Below are positions 21,846 to 31,687 of a stretch of DNA of 64,000 bases, piece by piece. The notes under the pieces were generated by a model. It searched no databases and was not told the origin of the DNA. It saw nothing but the letters and a program-made list of their open reading frames with translations. A program made the translations under genes and the position numbers. This DNA is from Candidatus Bathyarchaeia archaeon (GTDB lineage: Archaea > Thermoproteota > Bathyarchaeia > Bathyarchaeales > Bathycorpusculaceae), in assembly GCA_049516875.1 (NCBI GenBank), contig JBEKSS010000012.1:8758-72757 (forward strand), written 5' to 3'. Position 1 is the stretch's first letter; the number at the start of each line of letters is the position of its first letter.

Positions 21846-22265
21846 ATGTTTATGACAGGAAAACCAGTGATCATGAAGATAGACAAGCCTCACTTTGTTG
21901 TTAAACTTCACGAAGATGTGCTCGAAGTGGATTTGAAGGAAGGAGCCAAGAAACATCTTGAAGATGTGGTTGAAGCAAATCCGATACTCAGGGAGAGCTT
22001 GGGGGTCCTATTCCAAACCATAATTCCGCTGGACGTCGCATTGAAGGACATAAAATCCGTGAAAGTAGACAACAAAGGCCGACTGCAAATAGTCATGCCT
22101 CTAAGAAGAGATCTGCACATTCCACTGGAGAGTGAAGAATCAGAAAGGCTCGCTGAAAAGTTGAATGAATTGATACCGTTGGCAAAACTGAAGGATGCAC
22201 AGCGGATGAGCAGACTGAGTGGAGCAGAGGAAGGGCGAACAAGAGTATCACGCGTCGATGAGTAA
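21846..22265 (+). CDS. Hypothetical protein
   Basis: 139-aa ORF with SD AGAGG and coding-like composition. Confidence 0.65.
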   Translation: MFMTGKPVIMKIDKPHFVVKLHEDVLEVDLKEGAKKHLEDVVEANPILRESLGVLFQTIIPLDVALKDIKSVKVDNKGRLQIVMPLRRDLHIPLESEESERLAEKLNELIPLAKLKDAQRMSRLSGAEEGRTRVSRVDE

Positions 22266-22279
22266 GATACGCAAGTTAT

Positions 22280-22482
22280 CATTCCTACCGCTCAAGTTAC
22301 CAATCTCCTTATCAACCCTCGATTCCAAGTAGCGCTAGCGCGCGCTTTCATGACGAATTGACCTCTTGACTTTCGATCACGTCACAAGGCGTGACTTGGC
22401 AGATAAACCGACTTAAAAGGCCCGAGTTATTCACGAAGGCAGGGATGGAATGAAAGCCCTCTATTCACTGGGGGAAGCCTAA
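22280..22482 (+). pseudogene. Winged-helix regulator remnant
   Basis: Frames join as NLLINP..HDELTS*LSITSQGVTWQINRLK..VIHEGRDGMKALYSL; frameshift at the CG tract 22330-22346. Confidence 0.55.
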
Positions 22483-22616
22483 ACTATGCTGGTGCAATCT
22501 GATTTCGGGAACTGGCGCGCTCTGTGTTTTTGCTGATTTAGCTTTTTTGTGCAAGATTTATTACTTCAATCATGAGTAACCATTAAACCGTTGGCGGTTT
22601 GCAGGAAGGTATACAC

Positions 22617-23909
22617 ATGCGTACTTGTGTTCATCGTCTGCCCGGCATCCTGTTGACTGATCATGAATTCAACGTACCACTGGATCACACACAACCCAAT
22701 GGCGAGAGAATAAGTGTCTTCGGGCGCGAGGTGGTTGCAAGCGACAAGGAAAAAAACGATCTGCCGTGGCTTCTCTTCTTTCAGGGCGGTCCCGGCATGG
22801 AAGCCCCACGTCCCGAAAACAACAGCGGCTGGTTGAAGAGGGCGCTGCAAGAATACCGCGTGTTGCTTCTCGATCAACGCGGCACAGGTCGCAGCACGCC
22901 CATCAACCATCAAACGTTGGCGGGCTTCGCCACGCCAAGAGAGCAAGCCGATTACCTGAAGAACTTTCGCGCCGATTCAATCGTGCGGGACGCTGAATTG
23001 ATTCGTCGTGAACTCCTCGGCGAGGGAAGAAGCTGGAGCGTGCTGGGGCAGAGCTACGGGGGGTTCTGCATAACGCACTATCTGTCCGTCGCGCCGAGCA
23101 GTCTAAAAGAAGCAATAATAACGGGCGGACTGCCGCCACTGAACCGGCCGCCCGACGACGTTTACCGTGCAACTTATCGGCGTGTCATCGACAAGAACAG
23201 ACTCTACTACGAGCGTTACCCCGATGACGTCGAACGCGCAAAAGACATCGCTGCCCACCTAAAATCTCATGATGCAAACTTGCCAGGGGGCGATCGATTG
23301 TCACCACGACGGTTTCAACAACTCGGCTTGGCCTTCGGTATGGGCAACGGATTTGAACGAGTCCACTACTTGCTTGAAGAAGCGTTCCTGAGAGGCGTAG
23401 CCGATCGAGAGATCGCTTACACTTTTCTGCGCGGCTTCGAGAATTCCCACTGGTTTGAAACCAATCCCATCTACGCGATTCTGCACGAATCAATCTACTG
23501 CGAAGACACCGCCTCCAACTGGTCAGCCGAGCGTGTCCGATCAGAATATCCTGAATTCGAAATCACTCGCGATAAGCCCGTGTTCTTCACTGGCGAAATG
23601 GTGTACCCATGGATGTTTGAGGAGTACAAGTATCTGCGACCACTGAAAGAGGCTGCAGAGATTTTGGCCACATACGAGGGCTGGCCGCGTCTCTACAACA
23701 AATCAGTGTTACAATCGAACACCGTTCCATGCGCAGCCGTTATCTACTACAACGACATGTACGTTGAGCGAACGCTCTCAGAGGAAACTGCCAGGAACAT
23801 CCGCGGCATCAAGCTATGGGTCACCAGCGAACACGAGCACGACGGCCTACGCGTCAATGGCGAGAAGGTGCTTGGACGCCTGTTGGGCATGCTCCACGGA
23901 GAAACCTGA
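22617..23909 (+). CDS. pip: Proline iminopeptidase (alpha/beta hydrolase, S33)
   Basis: QGGPG, DQRGTGRS, GQSYGG, DMYV, HEHDGLR. Confidence 0.88.
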   Translation: MRTCVHRLPGILLTDHEFNVPLDHTQPNGERISVFGREVVASDKEKNDLPWLLFFQGGPGMEAPRPENNSGWLKRALQEYRVLLLDQRGTGRSTPINHQTLAGFATPREQADYLKNFRADSIVRDAELIRRELLGEGRSWSVLGQSYGGFCITHYLSVAPSSLKEAIITGGLPPLNRPPDDVYRATYRRVIDKNRLYYERYPDDVERAKDIAAHLKSHDANLPGGDRLSPRRFQQLGLAFGMGNGFERVHYLLEEAFLRGVADREIAYTFLRGFENSHWFETNPIYAILHESIYCEDTASNWSAERVRSEYPEFEITRDKPVFFTGEMVYPWMFEEYKYLRPLKEAAEILATYEGWPRLYNKSVLQSNTVPCAAVIYYNDMYVERTLSEETARNIRGIKLWVTSEHEHDGLRVNGEKVLGRLLGMLHGET

Positions 23910-23948
23910 TGGGGCCAGGGCCGCGCACGCGTTCGGTGTTTGTGGCAA

Positions 23949-24887
23949 TCATGTTTTGTTTTTGACGTACAAGCAGGCTTGGGCGGCCACTGTGGTGCCA
24001 TCGCCGATGCACGAAGGAATGATGTCCTTGGTTGTGAGGGCACAGCTTCCAGCGGCAAAGACTCCTTCTATGTTTGTCCTGCCGAACATATCTGCTTCAA
24101 TACAACTGGCTCGGTGTGTTGCGATTCCAGCCTTTTGCAGGACGGAAACAAAAGGCACTGGTGGACTAACCACGCAAAGAATGCTTGCCGTAAGCTTCTT
24201 GGTTCCATGATTTTTCATCGATCTCAGAACAAGCTGCACGTGTGGTGGTTTGCCTTTGATAGCCTCTCCAACAAAATCTTTTACCAGTTCCACCCCGTTC
24301 CTTCGCAATTCATCTTTCTCTCTTGTTCCTGTGGACACCGTGTTAGCATGATTAACAAGAAGCAAGTGGCTGGCAATCTTGCTCAGGCAAATCGTTTCAT
24401 CCACCATCCTCCTCGCATTTCCTATGACAATAATGTCCCGTCCGTCGATCATCGTTGCATTACATTCTGAGCAGTAACTGATTCCATCGCCAAACCATGT
24501 TTCACCCTCTAAACCCAGACCTTTCATTCCCGCACCAGTAGCGAGTATCAAAGCCTTTGAACGATAAACATCCCGACTTGTTTCAACACGCACTTCATTC
24601 TTACAGGAGAGATTGACAACCTCTTCAGACGTGTGTACCTGTGCACCAGCATCTTCTGCTTGGCGTGCCATCCTGCTTGCCAACTCCCGCCCGGTAATTT
24701 TCTCTGGAAAACCAGGATAATTGACTATTTTTCGCGCCATAAGCATCCTTCCACCAGCCTGTTTTCCAGACTCAAGAACCAGTGTGTCCACACCGAAAAA
24801 GGCTGAATAAATCCCTGCAGCCAGTCCAGCCGGGCCAGCACCGACTATTATGACATCGAACAAGTTTCTCACGCCACGTTCATTCAA
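23949..24887 (-). CDS. Thioredoxin reductase-like flavoprotein
   Basis: GAGPAG, NYPG, LATG, SYCSEC. Confidence 0.8.
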   Translation of the reverse strand: MNERGVRNLFDVIIVGAGPAGLAAGIYSAFFGVDTLVLESGKQAGGRMLMARKIVNYPGFPEKITGRELASRMARQAEDAGAQVHTSEEVVNLSCKNEVRVETSRDVYRSKALILATGAGMKGLGLEGETWFGDGISYCSECNATMIDGRDIIVIGNARRMVDETICLSKIASHLLLVNHANTVSTGTREKDELRRNGVELVKDFVGEAIKGKPPHVQLVLRSMKNHGTKKLTASILCVVSPPVPFVSVLQKAGIATHRASCIEADMFGRTNIEGVFAAGSCALTTKDIIPSCIGDGTTVAAQACLYVKNKT

Positions 24888-24982
24888 GCGATTTTTCTTA
24901 TTTGCTTTGCTCTGGTTGAATTAGCGCCCATGGAGTAAACTTAGAATAGCCCAAGGACTCTATTAGAAATGGTGATCTCAAA

Positions 24983-25222
24983 TTGGGTGCGCTCAAAACG
25001 ATAATTGCAAAGATAGAGTCAGACGTGCTGCAAGTTCCAGAAGAGGTGAGAGAAATACTCGGCCATGACATGAAAATCGTCGTCGGCACAGCCGCAATCG
25101 TCGCGTTTTCAGCGGGCACTTCCTACGCAGATGTCCTCAGAAGCCTAGAATTGATACAGGATGATCTACAACTTCGCCTATCCAAAGAAAAGTCAGAAGA
25201 ATCACAAACAAGAAAAAACTAA
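24983..25222 (+). CDS. Small AbrB-like hypothetical protein
   Basis: LQVPEEVREILG motif; SD GGTGA. Confidence 0.5.
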   Translation: MGALKTIIAKIESDVLQVPEEVREILGHDMKIVVGTAAIVAFSAGTSYADVLRSLELIQDDLQLRLSKEKSEESQTRKN

Positions 25223-25333
25223 CACGGCGCTAGGATCTCATTGATCCACACGTCATATGACTGTAGAATGCTTATCTCGCTGGTTACAATCATTCAAAAT
25301 GCGAAGTCGATAGAAAAGGAGGCGGAAAGAATA

Positions 25334-25681
25334 ATGTCTGAAATGATTGCCTATTGTGGGCTGGACTGCAACGAGTGTAGAGCCTTTGAAGCGACTCAAG
25401 CGAAGGACTTTGAACGGAAAAAGCAGATAGCCAAACAGTGGACTGAAGGACTCAAGGTTGAGTTTAAACCAGAAGACATTGACTGTCGCGGATGCAAGTC
25501 TGATACGCTTTCTGGTTGGTGCCGGAAAATCTGCAAGATAAGACCGTGCGCTGAAGAGAAGAAAGTCAAGACATGTGCCCACTGTGACGATTATCCCTGC
25601 GGTATATTGAAAGAATTCTTGGCAAACGAGCCCGTCGCCACAGAGAATCTTGAGAAGATTCGGAAAGCACTCCCAGTCTAG
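25334..25681 (+). CDS. DUF3795 Cys-rich protein
   Basis: IAYCGLDCNEC, CRGC, CKIRPC, CAHCDDYPC. Confidence 0.85.
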   Translation: MSEMIAYCGLDCNECRAFEATQAKDFERKKQIAKQWTEGLKVEFKPEDIDCRGCKSDTLSGWCRKICKIRPCAEEKKVKTCAHCDDYPCGILKEFLANEPVATENLEKIRKALPV

Positions 25682-25697
25682 CAGGAAGTGCCGGACC

Positions 25698-26441
25698 ATG
25701 ACGTTGACCCAAGATCTGAAGAAGGAAGCAAAGAAAGCTGGTTTCGTTGCAGTAGGCGTCTCAAATCTTAATATGCTCCGCGAGTTGCCGTATGGGAAGA
25801 TCAAGTATGTCGGTGTTCTGAAAAGGCCAGAGGAGGAGCTACCAGAAGTCAGATCAGTCATATTGATGGGCATCCACGCTTGGGACCCGGTCTTCAATGT
25901 CGTCGCCCTCTCCTCTAATCTACACTTCAACAGAGAACAGAAACCGAGGGTGCCTTCAGAGAGCTACCAGTTGTACTCCCAAATCGCGAGAAGCAAAGCT
26001 TGGAGAATTGCCTATTATCTGATGAAAAGAGGGTATGATTCGATTCCCTCGCTCGGCATTCCCCTCAAGACCGCCGCGGTCAAATGCGGTCTCGGCTGCC
26101 AAGGCAAGAACACGTTGCTGGTGACTCCGACCTACGGGCCTAGGGTCAGACTGGTCTCAGTCCTCACAACCGCAGAGTTGGACATCGATGAGCCCTACAG
26201 AGAAGATCTGTGCAAGAACTGCGAAAAATGCGTGCTCGCTTGTCCAGCCAAAGCAATTGAACCGTACAAGCTCAAAGTCAACAAGTGCATGGTATACGCG
26301 TCTGAAAACCCACGCTCAAAGCACGTCTCTGATGAGACAAGGGAGCTGGAGAAGAGACTCGTCAAGCGACCCACTCCCAACAGTTTCATAGACTGCACCA
26401 CATGCCTAGAAGCTTGCCCAATAGGAAAAGCCGTTGGTTAA
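25698..26441 (+). CDS. Epoxyqueuosine reductase-like Fe-S protein
   Basis: KTAAVKCGLG.QGKN, GPRVRL, CKNCEKCVLACP, CTTCLEACP. Confidence 0.8.
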   Translation: MTLTQDLKKEAKKAGFVAVGVSNLNMLRELPYGKIKYVGVLKRPEEELPEVRSVILMGIHAWDPVFNVVALSSNLHFNREQKPRVPSESYQLYSQIARSKAWRIAYYLMKRGYDSIPSLGIPLKTAAVKCGLGCQGKNTLLVTPTYGPRVRLVSVLTTAELDIDEPYREDLCKNCEKCVLACPAKAIEPYKLKVNKCMVYASENPRSKHVSDETRELEKRLVKRPTPNSFIDCTTCLEACPIGKAVG

Positions 26442-26469
26442 GGACCTTCCATCTGCCGTGTTTCCTTTT

Positions 26470-27204
26470 CTATTCTTCCAAAGGAGCCGCACGCAACGTC
26501 CCTGCATTGTTTCTCTTTTCCGGTGCCACGCGCCTGAACAGTTGAACGTACGGAACTAGAGAGGCGACAAGCTTGTTTTCGGCTTTTTTGAGGTGCTCTT
26601 GATAGGTGGTTCTGGAAACCCTTTTTTTGTGTGCAATGTCCTGAACGTTGGCCTTTCTCGGCAAACTGTAGTATCCATTGCTGTACGCAGCCAACAATGC
26701 GTCCATCTGCTTCTCAGTCAAGCCAGAAAACAGCGCGTCCGCAGTCAAAGTCAGTGAACTTGCTATGCATCCATCAAAATCAACTTTGCGCAGAATCTCA
26801 TACTTGAGCCTTCTCTCTTCGAATCTTTGCATGAGTCCCTTCAGCTCTTTGTGTCCAAACGCGATGACGCGATAGTATTCCCAGCCGTGGCGATAGATTA
26901 TCGGCGGGATTTGGAGAAGATCGAATTCGTCAATGATTCTGGTCACCGAATCCTCGGTTTTGCAGAAGCATTTCTTTACGAAGAAATGGGCGTTGTGATG
27001 GTCGGATGACTTTTCAATCATTCCTTTTATCCGGGATATTTCGTCTACCACGATAGAATATTCTTCCGGTTTGTCCACTATGAGTTCGATCACGTCGTGT
27101 TCTCTGTTGCACCAATCGAACATTTTCAGGCGTGGATATTTCTTTGAAATGTTGCAATAGGGGCAGTCGTGTGTTAATTTGAATGCGACCTCAAACAGCG
27201 TCAT
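26470..27204 (-). CDS. Bacterio-opsin activator-type (HTH_10) regulator
   Basis: H.CP N-terminus; LTEKQ..AYSNGYY..PRK..HLKKAENKL. Confidence 0.88.
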   Translation of the reverse strand: MTLFEVAFKLTHDCPYCNISKKYPRLKMFDWCNREHDVIELIVDKPEEYSIVVDEISRIKGMIEKSSDHHNAHFFVKKCFCKTEDSVTRIIDEFDLLQIPPIIYRHGWEYYRVIAFGHKELKGLMQRFEERRLKYEILRKVDFDGCIASSLTLTADALFSGLTEKQMDALLAAYSNGYYSLPRKANVQDIAHKKRVSRTTYQEHLKKAENKLVASLVPYVQLFRRVAPEKRNNAGTLRAAPLEE

Positions 27205-27329
27205 AATAGAAACTTGCGCATTCTCCTATTTAGCGGTTGAGACGTCACATGACGGCACCATGATTCAGTCCGACTCCACCCACAAACGCGATGAATAGCA
27301 CCCGCAGTTATTTTAGTAAAAAAAGGCTT

Positions 27330-27506
27330 TGGTGGGGCCGGCCGGATTTGAACCGACGACCTACGGGTTTCTCCGTGGTATGAGTATGACCGTTCCAGAA
27401 TTTCGTCATTCCCTTTCTGGGTCGGCTCTAAGTACCTAGACTCCATGTCTAGTGTATGTTGTGCCATTCTGGAGCCCGTCGTCATACCTGCCTAGACTAC
27501 GACCCC
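27330..27506 (-). tRNA. tRNA-Trp(CCA) with a 100-nt intron at 37/38 (27369-27468), CCA end encoded
   Basis: GGGGTCG/CGGCCCC acceptor stem, ACGGG-CTCCAG|A-CCCGT anticodon arm, GTTCAAATC T-loop, BHB with CTCC/GGAG central helix. Confidence 0.95.
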
Positions 27507-27637
27507 TGAGAATTCCTTAAGGGACTTTGGATATATGCGTTATTCTTTCACTGACCAGATTTGTAAACGAATAGCATCTGGTACGAAGTTCAAACCTGAA
27601 GCGATAAGCTTATGAGTGCAGAACTAACGTGTATGTT

Positions 27638-27763
27638 GGGGTTTGCCGGTCATAGGGCGTGGGTTCCACCTGATCCCATACCGAACTCAGAAGTTAAACC
27701 ACGTTCCGTTTCCGGTTGTAGTGTGGTCTTCGGCCATGTGAACCCGGGAAAGCTGGTAACCCC
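27638..27763 (+). rRNA. rrf: 5S rRNA, unlinked from 16S/23S
   Basis: GGTCATAG, CCTGATCCCATACCGAACTCAGAAGTTAA, terminal GGGGTT/AACCCC stem. Confidence 0.95.
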
Positions 27764-27846
27764 ACCTAAACAACCTGCTGATTTGGAGGAGAATTAGCTA
27801 AGATTTATAACTAAGCGCTGATAGTCTTTTTCCGAAAGGTGAGTTT

Positions 27847-28986
27847 ATGAATTTAATCGCAGCACTGATAGGTACTCAGACCAAGCTTGCACAGTTTGGA
27901 AATACAGATTTAACCTGGATTCTGAACATTCTTTTTTACGTCATTTTTATCGTTTTTATATTCTATGGGCAGAAAATTCAGATGTACGTGATGCTCAGGG
28001 AAGTGGAAGTGTCACTCTACAAGCTGAAATTCATAAAGGAAGAGGGACGAAAAATCGCGGTCGAAACCATAAAGGAGATTGGAAAGGCGCAGACAGACCC
28101 AACCGACAGAGTTGACAGATTCTTGGAGTACTTCACAATAGGGCCGCAGAATCTTGACCCGGCAGGAGTAGTTTGGAAGCTTGAACACATACTCGACGTC
28201 AGAGACACACGTTTCAAGGACGAAGTAAAGGCGATGGCGCCAGCATCGGATGAAATCCAAGTGAACAACTTGGAGAACACTCTTGAAGCGGCCAGCGCGC
28301 TTAACTTCATCTACAAGGTCATTCGCCATTATTACCTGCTCGGCAAGAAAACCCTGAGCCTCTACGTTATAATGCAGATACAGATGATTCTGCCGCTCGT
28401 CATGAAGGAAGCAGAGGCTTATGCGAGCGCGTTGAAGGCATTTGCGTACGGACAACCGATAGGCGATGGAGCAGGCGCACTCGTTGCAGCAAAACTCATG
28501 CACGGACAAGAAACAAGGAAAATAGCAAAAGACTGTGTTGTCGCCACTGTTCCCTTTGAAGGACGCACTGCGTTCGTGATAAAGGCTGAAGGACCAGGAG
28601 GAAACGTGGGTAAACCTGGAGACGCGATAAAAGCGGTCATTGAAGAAAACGAAGGAAAAATCGCCACCGTAATCATGATAGACGCTGCCTTGAAGCTTGA
28701 AGGGGAAGGACTGGGAGAAGTGGCTGAAGGAGTAGGCGCAGCAATCGGCGGACCCGGCGTTGATCAGTACAAGATTGAAGATTCATTGTTGAAATATCAC
28801 ATTTCAATAAACGCCGTGGTGATAAAAGAGGACGTGGGCGATGCAGTGTCGCCTCTTCGCAAGGAACTGTTTGATTCGGCTGACAAGGTTCTTGAAAGGG
28901 TGAAACAGGTCGTTCTTGATAAGACGAAGGAAGGAGACAAGGTGATAATTGCCGGAATTGGAAACACCATCGGCATTGGACAGTAG
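27847..28986 (+). CDS. DUF1512 family protein
   Basis: LDPAG, PIGDGAG, KAEGPG, IDAALKLEGE, GIGNTIGIGQ. Confidence 0.88.
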   Translation: MNLIAALIGTQTKLAQFGNTDLTWILNILFYVIFIVFIFYGQKIQMYVMLREVEVSLYKLKFIKEEGRKIAVETIKEIGKAQTDPTDRVDRFLEYFTIGPQNLDPAGVVWKLEHILDVRDTRFKDEVKAMAPASDEIQVNNLENTLEAASALNFIYKVIRHYYLLGKKTLSLYVIMQIQMILPLVMKEAEAYASALKAFAYGQPIGDGAGALVAAKLMHGQETRKIAKDCVVATVPFEGRTAFVIKAEGPGGNVGKPGDAIKAVIEENEGKIATVIMIDAALKLEGEGLGEVAEGVGAAIGGPGVDQYKIEDSLLKYHISINAVVIKEDVGDAVSPLRKELFDSADKVLERVKQVVLDKTKEGDKVIIAGIGNTIGIGQ

Positions 28987-28998
28987 GAGAGGAATTAA

Positions 28999-29415
28999 AT
29001 GAGTGAAACTTCAGCATCATCAACAACGACGACCAGAATCTCGTCATTCGTGCTTCTGGTAGTGTTCATAACCCTGGCATTGTCACTGTTGGCACTGATT
29101 TTCTCCGTGACAATTATCGGAGAGAACAGTGACGCCGCATGGATCATGCTGGTGCTAGGCCTCCTCGGAGTAGCCATATCCACGTACGTGCTCGTTGAGA
29201 CGAGAAGAAGACTGTCAAGGCTGAAGATTGTGGTTCCACCCGTGACGACCACCATTGAATGCAAGAAATGCGGGATCAAGAACGTCAGAGAATTCCAGCG
29301 TGGCGACTACATATTCAAGGAAACTGAACCCTGCCAAAAATGCAGCGACAAGATGTTGATAACGGCAATCTACAGGGAAGTCAAGGAAAAGGAAAAGGAA
29401 CGATTCCCGTTCTAG
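28999..29415 (+). CDS. Membrane protein with C-terminal Zn ribbon
   Basis: Two TMs; CKKC..REFQRGDYI..CQKC. Confidence 0.8.
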   Translation: MSETSASSTTTTRISSFVLLVVFITLALSLLALIFSVTIIGENSDAAWIMLVLGLLGVAISTYVLVETRRRLSRLKIVVPPVTTTIECKKCGIKNVREFQRGDYIFKETEPCQKCSDKMLITAIYREVKEKEKERFPF

Positions 29416-30317
29416 GTCAGGACGACGCACCCGTCCTCAACTATCATAACCGTGTGCTCGGCCTGAGCTACCGTTTTTCGGCTTGTCTCGATGAAAACTG
29501 GGTAATACATGAGAGCCTTGGACGTCAGAAGTTCGTGGAACGCCTCTCGGTGATGCTCTTTGGGCAGTACGCCTTGCAGCCAGCGCTCAGCAAATGGCAA
29601 GGTCCTGAAGTTGTCTTCAATGAACCTTAGAAGCTGTTTGGCATGCGGATTTTCCAGCGATCTGGACTTCACGAACCGAAAAATCGTAGACTCGTCCCCG
29701 TCTTCAACTCTTCCAGCCGCATCCGGCGACGTCACGAACGGTTCGATCGCGTAAACTCCGCCAAGCTTGATTTTCGTCAAAGACAACTGCGACACGTTCG
29801 GTATCGAAGTGCCGGTGTGCACTATATACCGCCCAACCTGATGCCCACAAAGATTTGATATGGGCTTGAACCCGCGGGCCTTTATGGTGTTCTCGATCAG
29901 TGCGCCGAGCTTCGACGCTGACATCCCAGGTCTGATGCTTTCAACAGCGGCCTTCAACGCGCGTTCCGCCGTTCCCACAAGATCTTCATGTTCGTGGCTG
30001 AAACAGACAGTCACCGCAGTGTCAGTGACATAGCCGTCCACGTGAGCACCAATATCCACCTTGACCACAGAGTTTTCAGGAACCCGCTTTTTGTCATTCG
30101 GCGGAGACGTGTAGTGCGCGGCCACTTCGTTGATCGAGACGTTACATGGAAACGCTGGTTTTGCACCTTTCTTCTTTATTAGATCCTCCGCTTTCTCGCA
30201 GATGTCGATTATCATCATGCCTTCACGAACAAAACCTTTAATCTCCTCCCGGGCTTCGCGAAGAATCCTGCCCGAAAGCTTGAACTTCTCACAAGCTTCC
30301 TCGTCATATTCACTCAT
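29412..30317 (-). CDS. map: Methionine aminopeptidase type II
   Basis: AFPCN..AAHY, DIGAHVDGY.TD, GH, AIEPF, QAEHT. Confidence 0.95.
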   Translation of the reverse strand: MSEYDEEACEKFKLSGRILREAREEIKGFVREGMMIIDICEKAEDLIKKKGAKPAFPCNVSINEVAAHYTSPPNDKKRVPENSVVKVDIGAHVDGYVTDTAVTVCFSHEHEDLVGTAERALKAAVESIRPGMSASKLGALIENTIKARGFKPISNLCGHQVGRYIVHTGTSIPNVSQLSLTKIKLGGVYAIEPFVTSPDAAGRVEDGDESTIFRFVKSRSLENPHAKQLLRFIEDNFRTLPFAERWLQGVLPKEHHREAFHELLTSKALMYYPVFIETSRKTVAQAEHTVMIVEDGCVVLT

Positions 30318-30474
30318 CAAACTCACAACCTACAACGGCAAACCGAGACTGGAATCCATCCATAATGCCCCTTTTCTATACATCAGTCGCTTAAATGTTT
30401 AATCCGCAACGAGTAGAATATACGAGGCCAAAAAACATCCAGACATGCTCCCCTTTAAATCGATTGCTTGCCGC

Positions 30475-30556
30475 GGTTCTGTTAATTCTTCGGCGCTTTT
30501 GGTTTTTGCTGAGAGGTCTGTTAACTGTCGGCGCTTTTTGATTCAGCCTTGAGAGG
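30475..30556. repeat. Two imperfect tandem units of about 40 bp starting with an IS6-like end
   Basis: TCTGTTAA..TCGGCGCTTTT..TGAGAGG at 30478 and 30517; GGTTCTGTT matches the start of IS6-family TIRs. Confidence 0.55.
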
Positions 30557-30604
30557 GGTTCGGTTGATGAGAGGCGCCTAAAAGTTTATCCGTCAGGTTC
30601 GCCA

Positions 30605-31024
30605 ATGGTAGAAGTGATGGTTATGGGAAAGAAAGTTACTGTATTGGTAACAGTGTGCTTCATGATTATAGTTGCCGTCTTTTTCGAGTTCTTCGTGTTC
30701 AGGACTCCAGTGCAGCAGACAATCTCAGTGGACGAAATTGCGAGTAGCCCTTCTGCATGGTTGAATAGGACAGTCCTAGTTGAAGGTAACATGAGTGGCC
30801 CCTCTCTCTTTTTACAACCAGAGATGTTTTCACCGTGGCAATACAACCTCACTTCTGCCAGTGCCCACATAGGAGTTTTTTGGAGCACAGGTGTTGCACT
30901 GAACGGCTCTGTGCCAGTGAAGGTTTACGGAGTTATCAAGGAGGTAACAGTCTTTTCCTCTTTACAGCCACCAGTATCTTCAATCGTTTACTACGTCAAT
31001 GCCGAAAAAGTCGAACTGGTTTGA
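30605..31024 (+). CDS. Membrane-anchored OB-fold-like hypothetical protein
   Basis: N-terminal TM; V..I..P..W.N..V.VEG and V.VYG pattern. Confidence 0.6.
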   Translation: MVEVMVMGKKVTVLVTVCFMIIVAVFFEFFVFRTPVQQTISVDEIASSPSAWLNRTVLVEGNMSGPSLFLQPEMFSPWQYNLTSASAHIGVFWSTGVALNGSVPVKVYGVIKEVTVFSSLQPPVSSIVYYVNAEKVELV

Positions 31025-31048
31025 AACATACAAGAATTTAGCTGGTCC

Positions 31049-31687
31049 TTAAGAACTTGTCTCAAACCTCTGATGTTGACTTGCCTTCTTGATTAGAGAC
31101 ATCCATTTTGCTTCATCAGATTCGATATTCGCCTTTTGTGCAGGCGTTTTTCCGTTGAATGCTGTGTGCGGTCTTATGAAATTATAGTATAGTCTCAGGC
31201 CATCCATCATCGTCTGTGCGGTTTCTTCATCATCGAGTCCGCGCATGACCTTGTTTCTCTGCCTAATCATGCCATGCAACCTTTCGACCATGTTGTTGTT
31301 TGAACGGTCTCTAATGTTCGGTATCCTGACGTGCTGTGTCCTCGGCCCCTTCAAAGTGTAAAACTCCTTGGGTATCGCGTCTTGACAGGCTCTTAATCCG
31401 TCTGTCACTATCGCCATCGGTCTTGTCTTTGAAAGTGTCGAAGTTTGAGCCAACACTTTTCGAGCATCAGCAATTTCCCTTTTCTCCGTTATCTGACCAG
31501 CGAGCCAGAGACGACTTTCGTTGTCGATTACGTTCCAAGCCCATCTCAAGTTTTCGTGGTTGTCCAAATCCTTTATGTTCAAAGTCATTTCGTCACTGTG
31601 CCAGATTCCGCTTACTCTAGGCACTTGCTGATCGCAATATGTCTTCATCATCGAAACGTACTTACGAATCCACTTGTAAATCGCCAT
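31049..31687 (-). mobile_element. IS6-family DDE transposase, 5'-truncated
   Basis: IYKWIRKY, WHSDE, VTDG, NNMVERLH, YYNFIRPH..GKTPA; begins at the upstream GNAT stop codon. Confidence 0.8.

Noticed and set aside
27201-27797. ORFs 27201..27485 and 27612..27797
   Set aside because: They overlap tRNA-Trp and the 5S rRNA.
30478-30556. Mini CRISPR array
   Set aside because: Only two adjacent imperfect units, no spacers and no cas genes.
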